DNA from: an uncultured Candidatus Poseidoniales archaeon
Lineage (GTDB): Archaea > Thermoplasmatota > Poseidoniia > Poseidoniales > Poseidoniaceae
DNA: 62,499 nt
Direction: 5' to 3'
Assembly (NCBI GenBank): GCA_964637985.1
Contig: CAZWXR010000001.1
Coordinates: 1 to 62,499 of the forward strand
How positions within the stretch are numbered: position 1 is the first letter of the stretch; each line of letters starts with the position of its first letter. The notes under the pieces are model-generated. The model did no database searches. It saw nothing but the letters and a program-made list of their open reading frames with translations, and was not told the DNA's origin. This document shows positions 53,701 to 62,200 of this stretch, one piece after another. A program made the translations under genes and the position numbers.

Positions 53701-54852
53701 ATTCCAACCACCGATGGGACCAATTGTGTTGCGTTCAAGTGTGACCTCAGATGAACGGATACCAACACCAGAACCTTGTTCAGCACCGGAAATTGTATTG
53801 CCGACGGCGAGAACATTTGCACCATCATATGCTGTGAGACCAGCTCCTTCCGTTGTTGTAATTGTGTTGTCATACAAGCGAAGTCGGTGTCTCACTTCTC
53901 CCGTTGTCTTCACATCATTGGTGTCGATTGCATTGCATTTCGTGACAATTGATGAATTACCTAACACGCCAGACGTTCTCTTGAGGAATATACCATATGT
54001 GTTCGAGCCAATGTCAAGATTATCCATAGAGACATAAGAGTCTTCGATGAAGACGAGCGAACGGCCACCACCTTGTGTTCCACAGTCTTTTGATGGGTCC
54101 CCTGTGAATTGTGAATTGAAAACGTTGATCGTATTTTGAATGCTAATTCCTGCTGAGTATGCACGCACGGCAGCAGCATCATATCCTCGTCCGTCGATTC
54201 CGATGGTGAATTGTGAATTATCAAGAGTTGGTGCAGCACCGTTGACTGCCAGTACATTCGAAGTGTTGACATCTGTGAATGAGAGTCCCGAAGCGGTTAC
54301 ACGAGACCCATCAAAAACCAGTACACCGTATTGGATAGATTGCAATGATTGAATGTAAATTGGGTAGCCATAGGCCTTCTCAAAGTGTGCATTGTTGATC
54401 GATGTAATTGCTTCATCGATCGTGCTACGGATGATCATTCCTGAGCCACATGCCGTATCTCCATTGTTAAGAGGGCTTCCTGTTTGATTGGAATAGCATC
54501 GGCCAAGTTTAGTGTAATCGGTTGGTTGCTGCCAGATAAAGCGTGCCTTGCTCGTTCCAGCTGATGCACCACAATTGCTGTCACCAATGCAAATGGCACC
54601 ACGAACATCAATGAATTTGCCATAGGGTATGTTGATTGTTGTACCTGAGTTGATAATGAGTTTAGACCCCTCGGCAACTTCAATATCTCCAACAAGATTC
54701 ATTGTGCCTGTCCATGTTTCGGTACCAGAAATGGTCCCGGATGTTGTCTCATTAACCGCCATTGCTGATGGTATGTTGACAATACCGATCATTGTCGACA
54801 TGACCATGAGGAACACGAGCATTAGACTTTTTGTTGTTGTTTTTGTGCGCAT
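50470..54852 (-). CDS. giant (about 1460 aa) type I membrane-anchored surface protein with right-handed parallel beta-helix (PbH1/NosD-like) repeats and Ig-like domains
   Basis: Signal peptide LMLVFLMVMSTMIGIVNIPSAMA. PbH1-like repeats (NTISGAEQGSGVGIRSSEVTLERNTI, NNTIQD, NNVISNN, GNTISNSNGDIIRS). C-terminal TM helix VMMIILIILGVIVLLGIGAYFFI followed by an 82-aa tail. The ATG at 54852 (MRTKTT) is preceded by GGTG and is preferred over 54903. Confidence 0.85.
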   Translation of the reverse strand: MRTKTTTKSLMLVFLMVMSTMIGIVNIPSAMAVNETTSGTISGTETWTGTMNLVGDIEVAEGSKLIINSGTTINIPYGKFIDVRGAICIGDSNCGASAGTSKARFIWQQPTDYTKLGRCYSNQTGSPLNNGDTACGSGMIIRSTIDEAITSINNAHFEKAYGYPIYIQSLQSIQYGVLVFDGSRVTASGLSFTDVNTSNVLAVNGAAPTLDNSQFTIGIDGRGYDAAAVRAYSAGISIQNTINVFNSQFTGDPSKDCGTQGGGRSLVFIEDSYVSMDNLDIGSNTYGIFLKRTSGVLGNSSIVTKCNAIDTNDVKTTGEVRHRLRLYDNTITTTEGAGLTAYDGANVLAVGNTISGAEQGSGVGIRSSEVTLERNTIGPIGGWNGIWVYGESDVVAENNTIQDTAKEPVLIGEYHFNDQGWSVPRPTEARLYLANNVISNNTGTCNSVEYDGDFACPAVHVFMSSATIMGNTISNSNGDIIRSRGGIVNVQDNTGVSSGGYAGNISHYDDNNGMKYGSIAYFSGNSWSNVSQVYNVTQSRVTVQSEQMPSPGFGAQYPVMVQWLGAECPYVQNECLNVPLTANMPPKYMPLALELLNNASVFAFADVQNFDETMIHVQNQNTEWGTQIQKGELVRYQVKAKNSNVYDATVVIKDATGLPIFNMQTDVFGFTPQVSLPSDFLLDRNWNHVVGDVNYVIPGTSPPQTGDAENSCADGIDNDGDTVIDEADPDCLNGREKPFYSVEAFKFEKGRKSFSYILSGPVDDVINLDNLRPGVSVDQADGTSFATIATITGESWDGVKWPYANDNTAYEKQFGLIHDIEIQPPDSQDWYSAIDTSGVSEITQENHPFKTWSFDWDLSAHPGGEEDVTFRIRSFDGLEYSPVQVRDFKLNLVPPTILVETPNDGSTHDSGVVTFTGTSFDPYSGVQGNDIQQIWFDITGPNDYQSHFFSEGGPSWEYDWDFNELPSGSYDFKIWAADSDFCIDDPGPCMPETRTLNIINENQAPFVQVTWIGAQDMSTGGLNMGVIRASQDTVIQGVAVDNDGAVSRVDIEVYDLASGSAFPMNNGPLPVTSFAPNGAWSAVWDTSRLIHDQQYEVVVKAYDSDKYSKEERLRIIINNPADASNIDPVFNETGWKNTITIFCDEKSKSFDRCGGGARINLAQFFSDPDGIGTSVEALEFDVYDDASTSEDDLYYAYVIIDANGYATYNPASSIASTTSVIADWSLDSVIFVAEDKHEAKVYSNRVDFLVRAISFKVEREDSGLVTEDDNAVFIGEGLPGSTVVARFTNGDLRVNATVVGPDGTWRMEVSSQQLGVDGKKEIYFEMDDQEFKFEGESQVADFGLSVSTGAEAGSSVMMIILIILGVIVLLGIGAYFFIEFEEEFDEEVLQNGGQEVEEDPYAWAKKKQYDAVEIPPAGTAQEPQVQQEQQPQQVSQHPGWLWDAANNQWVPDPNYQQPQQ

Positions 54853-54992
54853 ACTTACACCTAACTCTGCCATACCAATAGAGAATATAATACTGTGCCT
54901 CATTTGTCAAATTAAGAATATCAAAATGAGTTTAAAATATCATTATAATTGCAGGAAAGCAGTAATAACTTTCCAAGAAAACGCCACATGTA

Positions 54993-55016
54993 GTCAAAAA
55001 ATTGTCAAAAATCGTT
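54993..55016 (-). terminator. oligo-T tracts (T5 and T6 on the coding strand) immediately after the subtilase stop codon
   Basis: The minus strand reads TGA-aacgaTTTTTgacaaTTTTTTgacta. Oligo-T runs are the usual archaeal intrinsic termination signal. An AT-rich TATA-like stretch for the next gene follows (54920-54950). Confidence 0.5.
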
Positions 55017-56234
55017 TCAACAATCCCCTATTTTGCTCACTTCTTGGTACCACATTTCAGCATTGAGAACTCCATATCCTTTCTTCGAATCATGATTTGA
55101 GGCTGCATTTTGAGTTGATGTTGAATCCATAAGTGCCTTTTTTACTGCGTCAATACAAGAACCGTTCGAATTACTTGATGGTTTGAATTGAGGATATTCC
55201 TGTAAAATTAACGCAAGTGCACCTGCTACAAATACAGTAGAGTCTGATGTACCACTGCTGGAATACCATGCATTTTGTTCACCAGAACTTATGATTTGCA
55301 CACCGGGTGCTAAAATTTCAGGTTTCATGTTCGGATGCTGCCTTGATTGGTCCATATTAAGTGAAATATTTCCAATTGATGAATTGCTCCAAACTTCTCC
55401 GAATCGATCGTGAGAACCAACTGTGATGACTCTCGGAACATTCCCTGGCGAAGAAACGTCACCATCATCATCAGGCCCACCGTCGTTTCCTGCAGCAGCA
55501 ACCACAAAGATGCCCTTATCGGTAACTTGCCTTGTGGCGGAAACTGATTTACTTTCAGTTTCTTCTTCACCAGGTGCCATTCCTCCTAGAGATAATGAAA
55601 TTATGTCAGCATTGAACACTTGGTCACACCAACGAATTGCATCCGCAACAAGGGATTCATCGCCTGTGTTCATTCCATTTTCATCCTCTTGAAGCGTTGC
55701 AACCATTGCAAATGTTACATTCGGCGCCACACCAATTTGGTGTTCTTGAGATAACAGGAGCCCGGCCATGAGTGTACCATGGGCTATTGCACCATATTCT
55801 ACTGGGGAAGAACTTCCTCCAATATAGTCCTTGAAAACAATAGTTCGCCCATTAAATGCAGAATGTGACAAATCAATACCAGTATCAACCATACATACAT
55901 GCACTCCTGAACCATCAAGCCCCATAGCCTGCAAGTCTCGAATCCCTGAATCTTCAAAGGCCCATTCTGAATCGGGAAGTGGCAATTCGATAATCAGCCA
56001 CTCGAATCTCCAAACAAGGACGATGATGGCTGCTAAGAGGGCTAGAGCAATACTCCGTGAAACGAGGAAATATGGCCGAGACACTCGCTTAATTGGTTGA
56101 GCAATTGCTGGAAACCACCCAGTTACTTCAGAGCGCCATTCATCCTCAAATCCAGACACTGAGGGGTCAACTGCGGAAACAACTCGTGGTTCATTCGGCT
56201 CAGGCAAATACTCGATACCCCGAAGTTCATCCAT
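55017..56234 (-). CDS. membrane-anchored (type II) subtilisin-like S8 serine protease, 405 aa
   Basis: N-terminal cytoplasmic segment followed by TM helix SIALALLAAIIVLVW. S8 motifs VCMVDTGIDLSH, HGTLMAG, AAAGNDG and SGTSDSTVFVAGALAL. GAGGT lies about 8 nt upstream of the ATG at 56234, 21 nt after the upstream stop. Confidence 0.9.
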   Translation of the reverse strand: MDELRGIEYLPEPNEPRVVSAVDPSVSGFEDEWRSEVTGWFPAIAQPIKRVSRPYFLVSRSIALALLAAIIVLVWRFEWLIIELPLPDSEWAFEDSGIRDLQAMGLDGSGVHVCMVDTGIDLSHSAFNGRTIVFKDYIGGSSSPVEYGAIAHGTLMAGLLLSQEHQIGVAPNVTFAMVATLQEDENGMNTGDESLVADAIRWCDQVFNADIISLSLGGMAPGEEETESKSVSATRQVTDKGIFVVAAAGNDGGPDDDGDVSSPGNVPRVITVGSHDRFGEVWSNSSIGNISLNMDQSRQHPNMKPEILAPGVQIISSGEQNAWYSSSGTSDSTVFVAGALALILQEYPQFKPSSNSNGSCIDAVKKALMDSTSTQNAASNHDSKKGYGVLNAEMWYQEVSKIGDC

Positions 56235-56255
56235 GAACTTCGACCTCGTTGTACA

Positions 56256-59200
56256 TCAGAATCGAGAGCTGGTGCGTCCACTTCGTACTGCTTTGAATCC
56301 TGCATAGATGACAAGACACATGAGTAAGAAGATGACAAGAGTGACCCAGATTGAGTTACCCTCTCCTGTACTGCCTGCATAGAAATCGACTGAGAAGTCG
56401 AAGTCTTCGACCTGAACATCGACATAGTCTGCATCTTCGCCGATGACATCAACGCGTACGTCGTAACGGTGATTGCCTGCTGTTGTTGCATTGAGCGTGA
56501 AGTCAGCAAATACAATCTCTTCAGCAGGTACTGAAATTGTTGTTTGGAGTTCCTCTCCTTCATCAGTTGTGAGATACACAATCACACTGCTCGCATCAAG
56601 CATTCCATAATTTTCAACAGGAATGCTCAGAACAGTTTCAACATCTGCATCTGCAGATTTGGAGATCAAACTTTGGTCAACTTTCAGCTTAATACGGGCT
56701 GCTTGAACTGTGACATCAACCGTTTGAGTCGTTACTGCTTCACCTTCGCTTGAAACAATGACAGAAAGTTCTTTTGTTCCATCTGTGAAATTATCTCCGG
56801 CAAGAATTGTAAATGACATTTGTCGTGAGTCATCTTTTGAGATGGTCACGGTTGTGAACATCGGAGTGACTGACCAACCTTCTGGAATATTATCTACAAC
56901 TTCAAGCGTAAATGTATCATCACCATTACCCAAATTTTCGATGGTGAATGACATTTGTCTTGATATTGATGGTGATAATCCAACGACCTCAGTTTCATCA
57001 ACGATATCAAAACCATAGACTTGTGGAACAAATACATTCAGAGAGATTTCACTTGTCTCAGCGAGTTGAGTTCTCATATTGAGAAGAATTCGGTGTCCTT
57101 CGTCGAGATGCCATGTTGTGTTTTGAGGTGGAAGGGTGATTCTTACAGAAACTGTTGATGATTGTGTCACACTTGTATCACTAGCGTTTTCACCGATACC
57201 AAGTTGGACTTGGAGTTCATCAACATATTCAGTTCCATTGAAAAATTCAACAATCCAATCGGTCGAATCCGGTGCAGCAATAACTGAACCTGTGAGGGTG
57301 AAGAGATCATTCACTTCAGTACCGTCATAATCAAGGTCGATGTCAAATGTAATTTGTTCGTATTCAGTTTCAGATGGAATTGCATCCATTCGTTGTGAAT
57401 CATCGACATCATAGTTTGCACCGACGACAGAGGTGTTCACAATTGTCATTGTTGTGTCTGAATTAATTCGACGGTTGTACTCAAGAGTGAGTGGTTGGGA
57501 GCCGCTTGTAGGCACCGTTCCAGCAGCACCACCGTTGTACTCCATTTCAAGTTCAAAGTCGTGTTGTATGGTGATGAATTCGGAATCCATTGAGACCGAT
57601 CCTGCTGGTGCAAGGAAGAAGATGGTTCCATTTGCTGGGGCGGTTTGAATAAATTCAACGCCATCTCCGAAGTCAAATTCAATTTCAACTTCCTCGGTAA
57701 TGAGGTCGTAGCCAACATCTTCACTACCAACATGGTGGGCATCACCTTGGATGTCAGTCCATGAAGTGCTAAGGAGAATATATCCTCCATTTCTCATTTC
57801 AAGGTCGAGTGATCCACCATTCGAAACTGTTGCATCGAGCAAACCTATGGCCACACCTCCACCATTTTCATCGAGGTTTTGTGAAGTAACATATACAACC
57901 CACTCACCAGGTTGTACTTCAGCATCCCATTCAAGGACTTCTCCGCTCATCGAACCAACGATTTCGATTGGATCACGGTCATACGTTGAAGTTGGATACA
58001 GCATGATTGTAGCACCGACATTATCTTCACCAACTAAATCAACGATAGTTCCACTAACTTGAACTGTGATTGCCTCAACTTCAATATCATGAGTTTCTGA
58101 AGCATTTTCAACCACGTAGCCTATGCTATCATTCGTAGTTTCGTAATATACGGTGCTGTATCCATCTTTTGAAACTGTAACATTGTACACATCTTGTATA
58201 GGAACAAAGAGACGCCATACTCCGAATTCATCTGTTTCAATGGTTTCATTGACCGAAAGTTCATCTGAACTCAAAATTGTAACATTCATTCCTTGAATTC
58301 CTTTTTGATTGTCAGAACGAATTTGCCAGTACACCTTACCACCGATTTGAACTTCTAAGTCGGCTTCTAATGTTCCAAGATCGAGATTAAACTCACCATC
58401 GTGGTCATCGGTATTGAATGGTGCATCTGAGGTGTTTAGCGTCCAATGCTTTGTCGATGTTGAATAGTTCAACTCAAGACTCCATTGCCCTGGCATGAGG
58501 AGTTCAGTCGTATACCCTGATTCATTGGTCTTTTCAAATGTTATTTGTCCAAGACCGTCTTGGCTGATTGCTTTGACTCGCTGTTCGGAGAGGTTGTTGA
58601 GTGTTAGACCCTCTTGAAGTTGGAAACTGACATTTACTCCCTGAACGGTTTGTAAACTCAACGATGAACGCAAACCAGCATCATCATTAATCGTTACAGG
58701 GCTTCTGAGAACCTCTGTAATCTCGCCTGAGGAATATGGTGCAACAATGAATAGCCAATCACCAGATGGAACGTATGCAGCAAATGTACCGTTCTCATCT
58801 GAAGCGATATTGAAATAATCATCTTTTTCTTCGTTGTACATCAAGAAACTATTCTCAATTCCATCACCAGTTGAGTTGGAAAGAGTTCCATTGACTCGAT
58901 ATGTTTCTTTGAACACAAGGTCGATGACATCATCTGGACCATTCAACCCTATATCGATGAGGTCGAAGAAGGAAAACGCTACCAAGTCGTAATCAGTTGC
59001 ATTTTCATCACCTGCAGAAGTTCTGTTGAGAACAACTTGATAACTTCCTGGAGTTAACGAAACAACAAGTTCGCCAACATCATCGTAATCATCTTCTGTG
59101 ATGTTTACTTGAGTTCCAACACCCATTGGTTGAAGGATGAAACTTGGTGAAATCATTGTTCCATTGGTGGAGTCAACATCAGCATTTGATGCCATGAATA

Positions 59201-62200
59201 CATTCAATGTCACTTCAATTTCCTCTGGATAAACATAGAATTCGAGGAACGAATTCTGCAAAGTTGTCGAAGTATTCACGATGACGCCCTCGATAGATGT
59301 GGCGTTGAGCAATTCATTTTCAAATTCGAAGTCATAAACGCCATCTGGCAACTGAGTGAAGAATCGACCTTCACTTGAAACAGTTGTATTCCAAGTTAGA
59401 CCTGTTTCATCAGTTGCGAACAGATTCTCTGATTCCCATCCAGGAATGGTGGAATCCCAAAATGTTGCATTATCATAGAGGTAGACGAAACCTTCGATGG
59501 TTGAGGTTGGTTCAAGGTAAATTGTTCCAAGGTCAATATCTTCATCACCACTAACTTCGAGCAACTCACCGTATGCCATCGCTCTGGTCAAAGAGAAAAT
59601 TGTAAAATGATAATCGTGACCACTAGGTACTCGGATTGAGAAATTACCTGAGTCGGACGAAGTCGTTGTACTAAACTCGAGGTCTCCTGAAACCATAGTG
59701 ATTGGCGTATCTTTCACTGTTTCCGTGTTAATGATGAGGAGATCAGGATTGTCTTGTGTTTCCAAATACCATTGATGATATTCATTGAGAGCTCCATTAT
59801 ACGAACGAAGAGAACCATTGAGGACCACAGAAATTGAATAAGCGAATTCTTCAGATAGTTCATCGTTCGGTTCGATGGTTATTTTCTCGTACAAAACCAT
59901 TGACTCGTCGAGATTATCGATAATTGTATATTCACCTGCAAGTAATTCGACATAGATCATTCCATCTTCATCCGACGTTGCTTCAATAGGCTTAGCAAAT
60001 CCAAGTCCATCATCAAAGATGAGTGTTCTGTTGTTTACATCGATGAGAGGTTCATTTGTTTCGGCATCGAGCGGAGAAACAAGTGGAAGTGTGAGGTGAC
60101 CTGTTGGTGGAACATTGAAACCAAGTGTAAGATTCTCTGATTCATCTGAAACAAATAATGTTTGGTTGAGGTCATACCAACCATCTCCATCGACGTCAAC
60201 TCTGTAATAATACTCACCAAAGGTGATAGGGCCATGTGCAAAAGAACCATTTTCGTCTGTGATGATCTCAATCAACGAATCCTCGCCGAGCACAACATCA
60301 ACAAATTCAATCGTTGCATTAGCGAGAGGATTGTTTTCAATATCGATGAGCGTATCACTGAAATGGGATGCTGGAATTGTCATATCAAGGTCATAACTAG
60401 GTGTTATTCCTACAACGACTGGTTCAGGGAGGAGAACTTCTTTCCCATTTTCCATCTGTGCAATCATATTGTATGTTCCTGGGAGGAGTCCAGTTTTGTA
60501 GAATGAACCCGGCTCAACCATCGGTCCAGAGAATGTACCGTTACCGATGAACAAACCAGTTCCGTTGAAAATGCCAGTTCCAAAGAAACTACCAATACCC
60601 TCAAACGTGACACCGTCTTCATATTCTTGGACAAATGTGGTGATTCCATCTGAGGTGAGCATACCCTTTCCAACAAATTCTCCATCGAAGAGATACTCTT
60701 GACTGCCTTCACCAAGTTGACAAATGGTTTGGTTTGCAGGCAATGCAAATTCAGTTGAATTTTCAATAGGCTCACATTGGCTCATATTTGTTGTATTTTC
60801 AAGCCATGATGCTTTAAACGTCCCTTTTCCATTCCAAGTTCCGTTGCCAAAGTACATCACTTTGTCCGTAATTTCTCGTGTATATGTTCCTACGAACTCC
60901 TTGACAAATGCAACGCCATCACTTTCAAAGGTTCCATTGTACATGAATTCAACTTCACCAGTTCCTTGAAGGATACGCGATTCTTCTGAAGTAAATGTAC
61001 CACTTGTTGTCGTCACAGTGTAATTATCAGTCATCGACCAAATATTTCGAAGAATGAAAGTGGTTTCTTCGACTGCTTCGCCCTCGAAACTTTCGTGGCC
61101 TGTCCACTTGATTGTCCCTGAAACACCACTTGAACCCACGCTAATATCAAGAGATTCTGTGATATCTGTCACTCTATTCGCTTGGTCACCAGTGATGTTC
61201 ATTTCAGCTTCTCCTAGCCATGTCATGTTTGAGACTTGACCCAAAATAGCTGTAATTTCATTCACAGTACGGTTTTCATTGGATTCTTGAAGGAGATCTT
61301 GGATTTTACTCACATATGATCCATCTCGTATGTTGTCTTGGTCGAAGACAGGGTTGTATGTTCCTGCAAATGCAGATACACGAATGCGTCCTGCTGGAGC
61401 AATGAATGAATAGCGACCCTCTTCATCAGCATCTACCGAACCAATTGGTATCCAATAAGTGTCTGCATCATCATCTTCGATACCTTCGCCTGAGAATGCA
61501 TCTCTTTCAACGAGCACACGTGCATTCGGGATACCAACACCATCGTCCTCGGTCACGACTTGTCCAGATAGTTCGCCACCTGGATAATATTTGAGAATCT
61601 TCACGAGCGTATTCGCATCTGCAAGACTCTTGGTTGAATCATTGCTATACCAATTTGCGAGAACGAAATGATTCATCATTGCACCCGGTAGAGGAACAGC
61701 CTGTTGCAGTATGCTTCCAGGGGAACCAGATTGACCGAAGTGTTGAGATGGCTGAGGATTTGATGAATCTGTATCCAATCCGAGTGAAGACGCACCATAT
61801 CCGACATATGTACGAGCAACCATTGTGTCGAAGAACGCTGGTTGATGGTCAATTCGAACGTCTTCAAGAGCAATCAAGTCGATATCTGCACCTGCTTGGT
61901 TGTTCAGGAAATCCTTCTTGACCGCTTCCTCATACTCTGCGGCAGTCATTTCGTCCTTGAACTCACCACGTACGGTTTCATAGGTTTCAGACATGAATGC
62001 TTGAATGTCTTGTCCTGAGAGAATTGTTGGTGCTCCAAAAATACCCATTGGTTGACCCGAATTGTATTGAGCATCAGCTGTATATCGGCCCGCACGTGGG
62101 TAAAGTCTGTTGTCGACGGCGAAGTAACGAATTTCGTGATTACGGTCTATTGTTTCACCTGGTCCTCCGTCGTAGTCTTGAACTGTGTAATATCCTTCCA

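Noticed and set aside
56123-56581. 152-aa minus-strand ORF bridging the end of the giant gene and the start of the subtilase gene
   Set aside because: It is out of frame with both supported genes and overlaps both. The composition looks like a frame artefact.
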